Below are positions 8,147 through 19,412 of a stretch of DNA of 64,000 nt, one piece after another (within the stretch, counting starts at the first letter, position 1; every line of letters begins with the position of its first letter). The position numbers and the translations under genes were made by a program. Below the pieces are notes generated by a model, which worked only from the letters and a program-made list of their open reading frames with translations, did no database searches and had not been told where the DNA came from. Source of the DNA: Spirochaetia bacterium (GTDB lineage: Bacteria; Spirochaetota; Spirochaetia; SZUA-6; Bin103); contig CBDBOV010000002.1 of assembly GCA_965208575.1 (NCBI GenBank), forward strand, positions 32,001-96,000, given 5' to 3'.

Positions 8147-10954
8147 ATGCGCGATAAACGACGCGCCAAGCACCGCGGGAAGAAGCGCTCCCCGCGGCGT
8201 CGCCCGCCGCCCGAGGTCCTGTTGGAGCAGGCCCGCCGCAGCCTTGCCGACGGCAACCCCCGCAAGGCGCTCGAACTGCTGCGGCACGTACCGGACGAGT
8301 ATGGCGATCCGGGAGAGGTGCCCCTGTGGCGGTTCTACGCCTGCGTCGAACGGGCGCGGCAGTTGACCGACAGGGGATTGGCCAAGGAAGCCGCCGCCAT
8401 GCGCGACCGCGCCGAGCAGTACCGTGCGGCGATTGCGGTTCAAGAACTGCCGCAGCCAGACCTGCTTCGCTATCTGCGCTGCCTTGACGGGGGCGAGGCA
8501 GTGTCGACGTATGCCGAGTATCTCGCCTGCCGGCCGCCGCTGGCCGCGGCCGAACGGGTGCTGGCGGACCGGCTGGTGATCGACCGATGCTGGCAGCCGC
8601 TGCAGCGCTTCGCGGCCGACCACTCGCTGCGGCGCGACGCGGAGCCGGTGCAGCGCAGCCTCGACGCAATGGACCGCGGTGAGTGGAGACGCGCGGCGGA
8701 TCTGCTGGAACGCGTACCGCGGCGGTCGCCGTTCGCGCCGTGGCGGACGTTGTGCAAGGCGATGATGAGCCATGCGGCAGAAGACGCTCGCGGCCTTGCG
8801 CGCGCCGCCGCCCTGCTGCCGGAGGACTTCCCGCTGGCCGGCACGGTTGCCGAGCTCAAGCGCTGCGCCGGCGGCGGCGAACAGGCGGGGCCGGCCGCGG
8901 TCCGGCGCGCGCTCGGCACCGACGGCGCGCTGGTGGAGGCGGCCGCCGGCAGGCTGCGCGGGGCGCTGCGCCGCGGCGTCGAGCACCAGGTCGAGCGGTA
9001 TCTGGTCGACCTCGCCGATACCGTCTGCCCCGAGAACTCCCTGCCAGTGCGGATCGACCTGCTGATGATCGCGGCACGGGCAATGCTGGAGAGCCCCTTG
9101 TCCGTTTCCGGCTTCTTCAGCGTCGTCGAACGGACCGTGGAGGAACAGTACGTCGAAAGCGTGATTTCGCAGGCCAACCTGCTGCTCCAGCAAACCGACC
9201 CCGACGAGCTGTGGGACGCCGGCGCCGCGGTGGCCTACCTCGACGATCTCGCCATGCGGTTTCCGTGCCCGGCCGACCAGGCGCTGGCCCGCGGCAGTGT
9301 GCTGGAGTCGCTGGCGCGCAGCGGCGTCGCGGCGGGGGTCCACGTGCACGGTCTCGACGCGGACGACGTGGAATACGTCACCACCCTGCTCGGCGGCCCT
9401 CCCCGACACCCCGACCTGGTGCCGGTCGACCTGCTGATGGCCGGCCTGGCTGCCGACCCGCAATCCACCACCGGCTTTCAATTCCTGCTCGACCTGCTGC
9501 GCCGATACCCGACCGCCGACGCCCGGCTGCGCGGCGTCCTGCACGAGCTGGCGGACCGCTACCCCGACGCCCACGACCCGTGGTTGGAGCTGGCGAGGCT
9601 GCACTATGCCCGCAATGCCTATCGGCGGGCCGAGGATGCGCTCGGCGAGGCGCTCCGGCGCGCCCCCTACGACGACCGCATCCTCGACCTGCAGGCGATC
9701 GGCTTTCTCAAGTCCGCCGACCAGAGCCGCAGACGCGGCCGGCTCGCGCTTGCGGCGCGGGACTTGGCGCGTGCCGCCGAGCTGCGGCGTCCGCGACTGG
9801 AGCCGATACTACGGGTCAAGCGCCTGCTGTTCGACCTGGTCGAGGCAGGCGCCGATTTCGAGGAGGTAGTCGCTCCCCACCTGGAGGCGCTGGCGCCGGC
9901 GGCGCGGCTCAGGACGCTGGCGGTGGCGATCCATGATCTGCACGAGGTCCGTAGCGTCAGGGACGTCGACGTGCGGAGTGCCTCCGCGTTGCACGAGGCA
10001 CTGGCCCGTGCGGCCGGCTCCATCGCACGGCTTGACCCCGATGAAGTGCTGGAGCTGGTGACCGACCTGCCGGCCGACTGCCGCATCCTGTACGGGAGTC
10101 TGCGGGTCGCCGGGGTTCTGACCGAGTGGTGGCCGGCGATGCTGGCGCGCCTCGACGGCGACCGCCTGACCGCGTGCTTCGACATACTGCTTGCCTGCGG
10201 CGGGCGCAAGACGGTGCGCTCCGAGCTGGAGCGCCGTCTGCGCGGCGGCCGCGCCGCCGATCACGCCGCACTGCTGGCGTTCTACCTGGCGGTGATCCGC
10301 TACGAGGAACGGGAGGACTACGGCGCGGCGCGCTTTCTCGACCTCATCGAGCGCGCCGATGCCGCCGGGCGGCGCCGATTGCGGGAGGCGGCGAAGCGCC
10401 TCGCCCCGGTGGTGGGCGAGCCGTTGCGGCAGGCGTTGCAGCGGTTCGACTTCGAGTCGCTGGAGCGTATGATTCCCTCGTTCGAACGCCTGCGGGAGAT
10501 GGTCGAAGACCTGGGAGGACCAGGGGTTCTGGATCAGGTTCTCGGGGAGCAGCGAGATGCGGAGGCCGCGGTTGATGCCGGACCGGCCGAGCCGGAGGAG
10601 GAGGTGGAGCCGGAGCCGTCGGTTCGCGATTTCCAGGCGGCGCTCGCCAAGGCGGCGCGCAATGGACGGTTGGACCGGACCGGGCAGGGGCTGCTGTTCG
10701 AGGAGGAGGAGACCCTGACCATACTGGATCGCCTGGAAGTGATGATCGGCGGCGCCGGACTGCGCGGCGCGGGGTCGGAGGTCATGACGGAGGCGGCACA
10801 AACCGTGCGTGCCGATAGGGAGATCGGGTGGATACTCGATGATCTGGCCGCCTGGTGTACGGACAATGATCGGCGTGACGAGCTGTCGCAGGAGCTGGAT
10901 GCCTTGCTGTACACGAGTCAGAACCCCGGCCACGCCGCCAAGGAGCAATGTTGA
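8147..10954 (+). CDS. Large alpha-helical/TPR-like protein (935 aa), first gene of the Hsp70 operon
   Basis: Long ORF; TPR-like segment DPWLELARLHYARNAYRRAEDALGEALRRAPYD; basic N-terminus, acidic C-terminal region; stop overlaps next ATG. Confidence 0.8.
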   Translation: MRDKRRAKHRGKKRSPRRRPPPEVLLEQARRSLADGNPRKALELLRHVPDEYGDPGEVPLWRFYACVERARQLTDRGLAKEAAAMRDRAEQYRAAIAVQELPQPDLLRYLRCLDGGEAVSTYAEYLACRPPLAAAERVLADRLVIDRCWQPLQRFAADHSLRRDAEPVQRSLDAMDRGEWRRAADLLERVPRRSPFAPWRTLCKAMMSHAAEDARGLARAAALLPEDFPLAGTVAELKRCAGGGEQAGPAAVRRALGTDGALVEAAAGRLRGALRRGVEHQVERYLVDLADTVCPENSLPVRIDLLMIAARAMLESPLSVSGFFSVVERTVEEQYVESVISQANLLLQQTDPDELWDAGAAVAYLDDLAMRFPCPADQALARGSVLESLARSGVAAGVHVHGLDADDVEYVTTLLGGPPRHPDLVPVDLLMAGLAADPQSTTGFQFLLDLLRRYPTADARLRGVLHELADRYPDAHDPWLELARLHYARNAYRRAEDALGEALRRAPYDDRILDLQAIGFLKSADQSRRRGRLALAARDLARAAELRRPRLEPILRVKRLLFDLVEAGADFEEVVAPHLEALAPAARLRTLAVAIHDLHEVRSVRDVDVRSASALHEALARAAGSIARLDPDEVLELVTDLPADCRILYGSLRVAGVLTEWWPAMLARLDGDRLTACFDILLACGGRKTVRSELERRLRGGRAADHAALLAFYLAVIRYEEREDYGAARFLDLIERADAAGRRRLREAAKRLAPVVGEPLRQALQRFDFESLERMIPSFERLREMVEDLGGPGVLDQVLGEQRDAEAAVDAGPAEPEEEVEPEPSVRDFQAALAKAARNGRLDRTGQGLLFEEEETLTILDRLEVMIGGAGLRGAGSEVMTEAAQTVRADREIGWILDDLAAWCTDNDRRDELSQELDALLYTSQNPGHAAKEQC

Positions 10955-11256
10955 TGTTGGCCCACTACCTGACCCTGGGTCTCGCGCCGAACGCCAGCCA
11001 GGCGGAGATACGGCGGCGCTACCTGGACCTGGTCCGCAGCCATCCGCCGAGCCGCGATCCGGAGCGCTTCGGGCGGATCGCCGCCGCCTACGAAGCGCTG
11101 CAGGATGACCGCTCGCGCGTGCGGACCGCCATCTTCGGGATCGCGGCGTACAGCGATTGGGAGCTGGCGCTGGACGCGCTGGTACGGGCGCGCACCGGCG
11201 CGCGCAAGGCGCCCGGCCTGCAGGCACTGCTGGCGGCGGAAGGACGGTCGCAATGA
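10954..11256 (+). CDS. Small J-domain protein with variant HPD motif (HPP)
   Basis: HYLTLGLAPNASQAEIRRRYLDLVRSHPPSRDPERFGRIAAAYEAL; AGGAG 8 nt upstream of ATG 10954. Confidence 0.88.
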   Translation: MLAHYLTLGLAPNASQAEIRRRYLDLVRSHPPSRDPERFGRIAAAYEALQDDRSRVRTAIFGIAAYSDWELALDALVRARTGARKAPGLQALLAAEGRSQ

Positions 11257-12128
11257 AGGCTTCTCGGACCGGCCCCGGGGGGAGCGAGCCGGTGGAGCTC
11301 GGCCCGGCCTGGATGAACCGCGCACGATCGAGAGGCGCGCCGGTCGACGCGGCGGCAGCGGAACCGGGCAACGCCGGCGCGGCCCACGACCAGGGTGGCG
11401 GCGACTGGAAGCAGCAGGCGCTGGCGGAGTTCCGGCAATGGCTGGACGAGTTGCCCGCCGCCCCCGCCGCGGCGCCGGCGGCGGAGCGGGAACAGGGCAC
11501 GGAAACCGCGTCCTGCGACCTGCGCGCCCTGTTCGCGGAGCTCGCCGCGCTCCGGCAGGAGGTGCGACTGCAGAATCGGGAGCAGTCGCGGGCGAGGCGG
11601 GAGCTGGCCGACGCCGCCGCCCGCGTCGGCGAGTCCGGTCGCCCGGCGGAGACTCGCGACCGGGACCTGGCGGCGTTCGAGGAGCGCTGCTCGCGGGCGG
11701 CCGAGAACCGCTGCCTGCTGCCGGTGCTCGACGTGCGTGACGCCCTGGTGCGCGGCCGCGACGCCGCGGTGCGCCTGCGGAAGGCGGGCGGCAAGGGCGA
11801 CAAGGGCGGCAAGGGGCGGCGTCGGGGCGCGCGCAAGCGGCTGCGCCTCATGCGGCGGGGGATCGCCGGGGTGATCGAAGGCTACGAGCTGGCGGTCAGG
11901 CGCTGTGACCGCATGCTGGCGCGATTCGGCGTGCGCGGGGTGCCCGCGGAGGGCGCCCGGTTCGATGCCCGCACCATGCACGCCGTGGACACGCGCCGGG
12001 TCAAGCAGCAGGCGGAGGGGATCGTGGTAGAGGAATACGTCAGTGGATTCGTACGTGACGGCGCGGTGCTGCGCCTCGCGGAAGTGGCGGTAAACCGCCG
12101 CTCGTCCGCGGAGAAGGGAGCGGATTGA
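11253..12128 (+). CDS. grpE: GrpE-like nucleotide exchange factor
   Basis: Coiled-coil N-terminus; C-terminal [12 protein letters not shown]...[22 protein letters not shown]; ATGA overlap with J gene. Confidence 0.88.
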   Translation: MKASRTGPGGSEPVELGPAWMNRARSRGAPVDAAAAEPGNAGAAHDQGGGDWKQQALAEFRQWLDELPAAPAAAPAAEREQGTETASCDLRALFAELAALRQEVRLQNREQSRARRELADAAARVGESGRPAETRDRDLAAFEERCSRAAENRCLLPVLDVRDALVRGRDAAVRLRKAGGKGDKGGKGRRRGARKRLRLMRRGIAGVIEGYELAVRRCDRMLARFGVRGVPAEGARFDARTMHAVDTRRVKQQAEGIVVEEYVSGFVRDGAVLRLAEVAVNRRSSAEKGAD

Positions 12129-13891
12129 TGGCGGCGGACCGCGAGCCGATAGTCGGCATCGACCTTGGCACCACCAACTCGGAGGTGGCGATCATCGCCG
12201 GGGGAGCGCCGCGGATCGTCGGCGCCGACGACGCGATCCTGCCGTCGTGCGTCGGACTGGACGACTCCGGCGCGATCGTGGTCGGACACCAGGCGCGCAA
12301 CCAGTACGCGGTCGCCCCGGAGCGGACGGTTCGGTCGATCAAGCGGCTGATGGGTTCCGACACGCGCGTACGGATGGGAGCGGAGGCGTACACGCCGCCG
12401 GAGATATCGGCGTTCATCCTGAAGGCGCTCAGGGAGCGGGCCGCCGCGGAGCTCGGACGTCCGGTCCACAAGGCGGTGATCACCGTCCCCGCGTACTTCA
12501 CCGACGCGCAGCGGCAGGCAACCCGGGAGGCGGGCCGGATCGCGGGACTGGAGGTGGTGCGGATCATCAACGAACCCACGGCCGCCGCGCTCGCCTACCA
12601 CGCCGGCGACGCCGGGCAGCGCACGATCCTGGTATACGACCTCGGCGGCGGCACGTTCGACGTGTCGGTGGTGAAGATCGAGAGCGGCGTGGTCGAAGTG
12701 CTCGCTACCAGCGGCGACAATCACCTCGGCGGCGACGACTTCGACGCCATCGTCCTGGATCGCCTCAATGCCCACCTGGAAACGGACGCCGGGCTCGCCG
12801 GCGCGCGCGACGATCGCCTGCTGCAGGCGCGCCTGCGCCGGGCGGCGGAGCAGGCCAAGATCGAACTGTCCCGGCAGCCGTACGTGCTGGTCGAAGAAGA
12901 CCACGTCGCCACCGTGGACGGCGCCGTGCAGCACCTGTCATGGGAGTGGAGCCGCGCCGAGTTCGAGGGCGCCATCGAGGAGCTGCTGGCCGGCACCATG
13001 CGCGCGGTCACCACCGCACTCGACGACGCGGCGGTGCGCCCGAACGAGCTGGACCGCATTCTGCTGGTCGGCGGCTCGACCCGCGTTCCGCGCGTGTCCC
13101 AACTGCTGGCCGAGCGCCTGGGCCAGGAGGCGCACGGCGAAGTGAACCCGGAGCTGTGCGTGGCGCTGGGCGCCGGCGTGCAGGCGGGCATCGAAATGGG
13201 TCTGGACATGCCGGCGGTGCTGGTCGACATCACACCCTACACGTTCGGCACCAGCGTGCGGGGCGAACTCGACGGTCGTCCCTACGCGCACGAGTTCGTG
13301 CCGCTGATCCGGCGCAACGCGAAGCTGCCGGCCACCCACACCGGGGCGTTCTATACAGTGTACGAAGACCAGCGGGCCGCCGAGATCAAGGTGTACCAGG
13401 GGGAGCACCGCGACGCATTGCAGAACGTCGAGATCGGCACCTTCCTGTTCGAGGGGTTGAACCGGCAGCGCGGCGCCCGCGACCGCGGCCTGCTGTTCAC
13501 CTACCACCTGGACCTGGACGGCATCCTGAGCGTGCACGCCGTGGAGCGGGCGACCGGCCGCGAGATCCGCGGCGTGGTGGAGAACGCCCTGGACACCTCC
13601 ACCGAGGAAGCGGTCAGCGCCTCGCAGGAGCGGATCAGCGCCCGCTGGGGCGCGGAAGCGGCCCCGGGCGAAGCCGCCGCCTCGGGTCAGGAGGACGCGC
13701 CGGAACTCCCTGCCGAGATTGGCGACACGCTGCGCCGGGCAGAGGCCGCCCTGGCGACGGCACCCGACGAGGACAAGGAGGAGATCGTCGACCTGATGGA
13801 GGATCTGCGCGATGCCGTGAAGGCGGGCGACACGGAGCGGGCCGCCGGGGCCAGGCAAGAGCTGGACGAGATCCTGTTCTACCTGGAGTAG
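12128..13891 (+). CDS. Hsp70 family protein (specialised DnaK paralogue)
   Basis: [53 protein letters not shown]; divergent substrate-binding domain. Confidence 0.96.
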   Translation: MAADREPIVGIDLGTTNSEVAIIAGGAPRIVGADDAILPSCVGLDDSGAIVVGHQARNQYAVAPERTVRSIKRLMGSDTRVRMGAEAYTPPEISAFILKALRERAAAELGRPVHKAVITVPAYFTDAQRQATREAGRIAGLEVVRIINEPTAAALAYHAGDAGQRTILVYDLGGGTFDVSVVKIESGVVEVLATSGDNHLGGDDFDAIVLDRLNAHLETDAGLAGARDDRLLQARLRRAAEQAKIELSRQPYVLVEEDHVATVDGAVQHLSWEWSRAEFEGAIEELLAGTMRAVTTALDDAAVRPNELDRILLVGGSTRVPRVSQLLAERLGQEAHGEVNPELCVALGAGVQAGIEMGLDMPAVLVDITPYTFGTSVRGELDGRPYAHEFVPLIRRNAKLPATHTGAFYTVYEDQRAAEIKVYQGEHRDALQNVEIGTFLFEGLNRQRGARDRGLLFTYHLDLDGILSVHAVERATGREIRGVVENALDTSTEEAVSASQERISARWGAEAAPGEAAASGQEDAPELPAEIGDTLRRAEAALATAPDEDKEEIVDLMEDLRDAVKAGDTERAAGARQELDEILFYLE

Positions 13892-13896
13892 CCGCC

Positions 13897-14196
13897 GTGC
13901 GGCGATGCCCTACCTGCGGCGCCCGCCAGCGCGGCGGTCCCGAGTGCCACCGCTGCCGCACCGACCTGCGCCGGGTGCTGCGCGTCGAACGCTGCGCGGC
14001 CACCCTTCGGCAGCGGGCGCGCGCCGCCCTCGCCGCCGGCCGCACCGAGTCGGCGCGCGCCGCCGCCGAGCGCGCCTGCGCCCTGCACCGCGGTCCCGAG
14101 TCGCTCGCGGTGCGCGCCGTGGTCGCCCTGCAGGAGCGCGACTTCGCCCTGGCCGTGCGCCTCTGGCACGAACGCCGCACCCTTGCCCGCGACTGA
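13897..14196 (+). CDS. Small zinc-ribbon plus TPR-like protein
   Basis: GTG start 5 nt after the Hsp70 stop; CPTC...CHRC then helical TPR-like segment; buried inside the spurious 12247..14196 ORF. Confidence 0.8.
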   Translation: MRRCPTCGARQRGGPECHRCRTDLRRVLRVERCAATLRQRARAALAAGRTESARAAAERACALHRGPESLAVRAVVALQERDFALAVRLWHERRTLARD

Positions 14197-14336
14197 CACC
14201 TCGACCTATCCGGCCGGCCGGTCACCCCGGTAGCGCGGGGGCGCGCAGACTCGGCCGGCCTGCGTCTCACTTGTCCTGTACCTGCTGCGGATAATCGCGT
14301 AATTTCGTCGGGGTCACGAGCCGCGGAGATGAGCCG

Positions 14337-14636
14337 ATGAAGATTCCTATTCTGATAGAGGTCACCGAGGACCATCGATTCCGTGCCACGGGTGGTGAAC
14401 CGTTCGCCGCCGCCGTGGAAGCCGACACGGCGGAAGCCGCATTGGACAAGATGAGGCGGGGGATACTCGAACGGATGGCGCAAGGGGGCCGCCTAGCAGC
14501 ACTCGACCTGCCCGGCGGCGCCAATCCGTGGCAGCAGGTATACGGCATGTTCCAGGACGACCCGCTCTTCGACGAGTGGCAGCAGGCAATCCGCGACAAC
14601 AGACGTATCGTCGACGATAGCGAACAAGGAGCTTGA
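14337..14636 (+). CDS. Probable antitoxin
   Basis: 99 aa acidic protein overlapping a downstream PIN gene start (TTGA); GMFQDDPLFDEWQQAI. Confidence 0.7.
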   Translation: MKIPILIEVTEDHRFRATGGEPFAAAVEADTAEAALDKMRRGILERMAQGGRLAALDLPGGANPWQQVYGMFQDDPLFDEWQQAIRDNRRIVDDSEQGA

Positions 14637-14835
14637 CCTCGTACGTACTCGACACGGACACGCTGTCGTTGCTGCAACGTGGCAATGCCGCCGTGGGAGC
14701 ACGGTTCAGCCAATACGACGCCGATGAAGTGGCGACGACCATCGTAAGCGTGGAAGTACAGCTCTCGGGTTGGTATACGCTACTGAGGCGTGCCAAGACC
14801 GCGGCGGAGCTTGTCCCCGTGTACCAGCGCATGTC
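14633..14835 (+). pseudogene. VapC/PIN toxin, 3'-truncated
   Basis: YVLDTDTLS PIN motif, TTIVSVEVQLSGW; similarity ends after about 67 aa at a fusion junction. Confidence 0.8.
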
Positions 14836-16965
14836 CGCGCCTGCCGGCAGATCGACGCGGCCCGTCTGCGCGTGGCCGGCGGCGCATGGCGCGACACCCT
14901 GCAGCAGGTGGTCGTCCGCGCCGCCGCCGGACTCGGCTGCGCACCCGAGCGCACCCGCGCGCATCTGTACAAGCTACTGATCTACGAGCGAGGCGGGTTC
15001 TTCGCCGCCCACCGGGACACCGAGAAGGAGGACGGAATGGTCGCCACCCTGGTGCTGTCGTTGCCGGTGGCGGGCGCCGGAGGCGAACTGATCATCCGCC
15101 ATCAGCAGCGCGAGACGGTCGTCGATCTGCGCGCCGAGGAGCCCTCCGAGATCGCTTTCGCCGCCTTCTACGCGGACTGCGTGCACGAGGTCCGGCCGGT
15201 CACCGCCGGCCACCGAATCGTCCTGGTCTACAATCTGACGCTGCAGGACAGCGGTCCGTCGTTGCCGACCGCCCCCGACTTCGGCTCCCAGGAGGAGCAG
15301 ATCAGCGCGCTCCTCGCACACTGGGAAGCGGCCGCCGCCGCCGGCGACAAGCTGGTGTGGCTGCTGGAGCACGACTACAGCGAGGCGGGCCTGTCGTTCG
15401 ATGGGCTGAAGAACACCGACGCCGCGGTGGGCGGCGTGCTGGCGCGAGCGGCGCGGCGGGTGCAGCATGCGCTGTTTGCGGCGATCCTGCGTATCGAGGA
15501 GTTCGGCTACGCGGACGAGTCAGGCGGCTTTCCCGACTGGCGTGATGATGACGACGATTGGGAGATGGAGGAGGTGTTCTCTTCCACCCAGGCGCTGGAC
15601 GGCTGGGTCGCCCCCGACGGGACCCGGCCCGGCCACGGCGAGCTTCCACTGCTGCCGGGAGAACTGCTGCCGGAGGGGGCGCTGGAAGGCGCGCCGCCGG
15701 ATGATCAGCAAGCGACCGTGACCGGCAACGAAGGCGTCGAGCTGTCGCGCTCCTATCGGCGCGCGGCACTGGTGCTGTGGCCCGCGGCGCGCACCGTGGC
15801 GACGCTTGTGCGCGGCGGCATCGACGGCGCGGTCACCTACGTCGCCGAGGAGCTTGAGTTCGCCGAGCCCGAGGCGCGCCCGGGCCGGCGCCTGCTCGGC
15901 TTGGCCGCGCAGTTGATCGACGCTTGGCCCGCACCCGGGCGGGGAGGGGCGCGCAACGCCTGCCGGGCCGCGCTGCGCCTGCTGCGCCAACTGGGCGATG
16001 ACGCCACCACCCTGCGCTTCCTGCGCGAAGTCGCCACGCCGCACTACGGGAACGGCGACAACGACGAACTGCTGGCGACGGCGGCATCCGCCGAACCGGC
16101 TACGCTGCATGCCTGGCTGCCGGAGTTCGTAGCGACCAATGTCCCGCGCCAGCCGGAGGCCGCACTCGACCTGTTGTGGCGCCTGTGCGGGCGCGAGCAG
16201 TCGCCGGCCGGCGGGGAGGCGCCACGGCGCTCCCCACTGGAAGCCGCGGCGCGTGCCGCCTGCGCCGCGTTCCCGGCGGCGGTGGCCTCCGCTACGGCGG
16301 CCGAGCCGCCGGCCCGGCGCGGCACGGCCCGACCGCTGAGCGCGCAGGCCATCCGCTCCCTGCTGTTGGTCACTTGGCGCTTCGGGCTGGCCGCGGAGGC
16401 GGAGGCGGCCGCCCGGCTGCTCGTGGAGCACCCGGCGGCGGCGACCCCGCAGCGGGCGCTGCCAACGGCGTTGGCGGAGACGGCGGAGGTCTGCGGCATG
16501 GCCGGCGGCGCCGCAGCGCCCGCCGGGTTCGCCGTGCTGTGGCGGCATGCCGCGTCGAGCCTGCTGGCGCGCAGCGCGCAGCCGCCGGAGGAACCCGCCG
16601 ACTGGGTGATGGCAGCCAGAATCCCATGCAGTTGTCCGCATTGCCGGCGCCTGCAAGCGTTCTGCGACGATCCGACGGCTGTCACGTTGCGGCTTCCGTT
16701 GCGCAAGGAGTTGCGCCGCCACGTCCATGGCGTCATCGACGGCCTCGGGCTCGACATCCGCCACCAGACCGAGCGCACGGGCAGGCCGTACACGCTGGTG
16801 TGCACCAAGACCCGCGGCGCCTGGCAGCGGCGGTGCGCCCAGTATGCCGACGACATTGCCCACCTGCGGCTGCTGGCCGTGGCCGCGCCCTCCGGCGGCT
16901 GCGCCGGCGACCTGCGCGAAGTTCGCGCGGCGCTCACCCGCGCGGCCGCCGCGCTCGCGTCATGA
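14833..16965 (+). pseudogene. 2OG-Fe(II) oxygenase with long helical C-terminus, 5'-truncated
   Basis: YKLLIYERGGFFAAHRDTEK (HxD), CVHEVRPV, RIVLVYNL; C-terminal CSCPHC; N-terminus replaced by vapC sequence. Confidence 0.8.
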
Positions 16966-17022
16966 CGGAGGCGAGTCCGGCGCGTGGCCAACAACCTCAG
17001 TTAAGAGGAGGAGGCCAACGTC

Positions 17023-18114
17023 GTGATTGGTAGCAGGCTCAAGCTGGCTCGGTCTGCTGCCGGTCTGTCCCTTCGCGAACTGGAGGGGCGAATCGGCAGC
17101 CGGGTCACGGCACAGGCGATCGGCAAGTACGAACGCAACGAGTCGATGCCGGGGTCCGGCGTGCTCATCGCGTTGGCGAAGGCCCTGGGAGTTTCCGTCG
17201 AGTATCTGACCAGTGAGCAGGATTTGACGCTTGAGGCCGTCGAGTTCCGTAAGAAATCAATCGCGCGCAAGCGTGAGGAAATCATCGTACAAGCGAGAGT
17301 TATAGATCTCTTGGAGAGATACGTCTCGGTTGAGCAACTGCTGTCCATGCCAAGCGTGGAGTGGGACAAGCCGCGTGAAGCGCCCTATCCGGTGGATGGC
17401 GATCTGTCCGAAGTGGAGCAAGCGGCCATCAGCTTACGGACACACTGGGATCTCGGACGCAAGCCGATCCTCAGCATGGTCGAGCTCTTGGAAGAGTGTG
17501 GAGTCAAGATCCTCGCTTTGGAGTTGAGCGACATTGGCGGGTTGACCGCATATGCGCGGCGCGGTGGCAAGAATGCCGATGCCGTCATAGTTGTAAACCA
17601 CAAGGAATCGGGGGAACGGCAGAGATTCACGCTCTCGCACGAGCTGGGCCACTTGGTCCTTACGGTTGACGACAAGGTAAATTCGGAGAAGGCGGCTCAC
17701 CGGTTTGCGGGTGCGTTCCTCATGCCGGCCGATGCCGTGCGCACGGAGGTCGGCAGACGCCGCACGTCCATCGGCTGGAGCGAGCTGTTCAACTTGAAGC
17801 CGGTGTTCGGGGTGAGCGTGCAGGCAATCGTGTACCGGTGCCGGGATCTCGGAATCATCAACGATGCCCTCTACACGCGGTTGTTCCGGGATATGTCCAG
17901 GTTTGGCTGGCGCAGCCGCCCATACCGAGAGCCCCAGCCGATCAAGGCGGAGCGGCCCTCGCGGTTCGAGCGCCTCTGCTCTCGCGCCCTGGCGGAGAAC
18001 GTGATCTCCGAAGCCAAGGCGGTAGAGTTGCTCGGTGTCTCGGTTGGTGATCTCCGCGAACAGATGGAGAAGCCCCCGACAAGTGAATCGATATTGGACG
18101 GTAGTGCTGGATGA
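17023..18114 (+). CDS. XRE-HTH plus ImmA/IrrE metallopeptidase fusion regulator
   Basis: GSRLKLARSAAGLSLRELE HTH; RQRFTLSHELGH; AHRFAGAFLMP; strong RBS GAGGAGG. Confidence 0.93.
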   Translation: MIGSRLKLARSAAGLSLRELEGRIGSRVTAQAIGKYERNESMPGSGVLIALAKALGVSVEYLTSEQDLTLEAVEFRKKSIARKREEIIVQARVIDLLERYVSVEQLLSMPSVEWDKPREAPYPVDGDLSEVEQAAISLRTHWDLGRKPILSMVELLEECGVKILALELSDIGGLTAYARRGGKNADAVIVVNHKESGERQRFTLSHELGHLVLTVDDKVNSEKAAHRFAGAFLMPADAVRTEVGRRRTSIGWSELFNLKPVFGVSVQAIVYRCRDLGIINDALYTRLFRDMSRFGWRSRPYREPQPIKAERPSRFERLCSRALAENVISEAKAVELLGVSVGDLREQMEKPPTSESILDGSAG

Positions 18115-18192
18115 CCCCCGTGACCGTCCCGTGTTGTATTTCGAAGTGCTTGGCTCGGCGGGCGGCTGGGAGCTGCGGGGGGCAACCAACTA

Positions 18193-18746
18193 ATGACAAT
18201 GCCCGGTCAGAGTCACATCGACCAAGTGCGCGACGCTCTTCGGCGCTGGCCCATAGGCGGCGCATCGGTCAGGAACCTGCGCGGTATCCGGGATTTGCGG
18301 GTGCCCTTCGACTATCCCGTCTGCGTTCTGGCCGGTCCCAACGGTTGCGGCAAATCGACGGTCCTGTTCGCATGTGCGTGCGCCTACCGCGTTCCGGGCC
18401 GCGGACCACGAGAGTTCGTCCCGAGTTTGCTGTTCCCGAATTTCGTGAGTCTTCAGCAGCCGGAGTTCTCGGACTCTGCCGCGCGCACCGAGATCGAGTT
18501 CCACTATCTGCACCACGGCGATCGGCTTTCCATGCTGTGGCGGCGTGGCAAGTCATGGGGGCGGAGCTACCTGGGCCGCACGGGTGTCGCGAGGCGAAAC
18601 CTGCCGTGGGGTCACTGGCGTCCGATCTCAATCGGACGGTTCCCGATGTGGCCCGGATCGTCGGCCAGCGGGAAGCCGAGGCGAACGCCATGCCCGAGTT
18701 GACCGGCGCGCTGGCCGAACAGATCAACGCCTGGAGTCGACTGTGA
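18193..18746 (+). pseudogene. ABC-type (AAA_21/OLD-like) ATPase with large internal deletion
   Basis: NLRGIRDLRVPF, Walker A GPNGCGKST; similarity lost near 18590; a different frame gives a C-terminus-like helix whose TGA overlaps the next start. Confidence 0.7.
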
Positions 18747-19412
18747 CCGAGCAGCAACCCAATTCACCGAGGGACCAGCCCGCAGGCTCGGAGTGGAGCT
18801 GGCCCGGGGCGCGCTGGTGGCGCGTCGACCTCCATGCCCACTCCCCGGCGTCCCACGACTTCGGCAGCGAAGCCGACCGGGGCGATCCGGACTGGGTGGC
18901 CTGGATTACCGCTGCCCGTGACGCGGGTCTGGATGCCGTCGCTATTACCGATCACAACACGGCAGCGGGGGTAGGACCTCTCCAGGACGCGGCCTCGCGA
19001 GTGGAGAATAGTCCGGTTCTCTTTCCCGGTGTGGAAGTTACGGCCAGCGATGGCGTTCATCTGATAGTGTTGTTCGACCCGACTTGTAGCGACCAGTACA
19101 TTGAGGACTTTCTTTCCCGAGTGAAGATCCCGGTAGACAAGCGCGGCGATGACACTGCTCGATCATCGTTCAGCGTTGAACAGATTCTCGACGAGTGCCC
19201 CGATGACGCACTCATCGTCGGCCCGCACGTCAACCAGCCACGTGGACTGCTCGACCTCTCCGGGCAGGAACGGCGCGCGGTGTTGCGTCATGCGAGCCTC
19301 GCCGCGGTCGAGGTTGTCCCCGACTACCCTGTCGACGAGTCCTGGATCGACGGCAGCAGGTCGGAGATCGGGCGCAGGCTCCCGAGGCTATGGAGCTCGG
19401 ACAGCCACGCTC
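18743..19412 (+). pseudogene. PHP domain of a PHP-ATPase (Ppl/TrlF-like), N-terminal part, IS-interrupted
   Basis: RVDLHAHSPAS, AITDHNT, FPGVEV, GVHL, SDSH PHP motifs. Confidence 0.85.

Noticed and set aside
12128-13891. Housekeeping dnaK operon
   Set aside because: Divergent substrate-binding domain, HPP J-protein, no class A dnaJ or hrcA, accessory context.
14770-16965. Full-length 731-aa gene as listed in the ORF track
   Set aside because: The first about 20 codons are out-of-frame vapC sequence; the true N-terminus is deleted.
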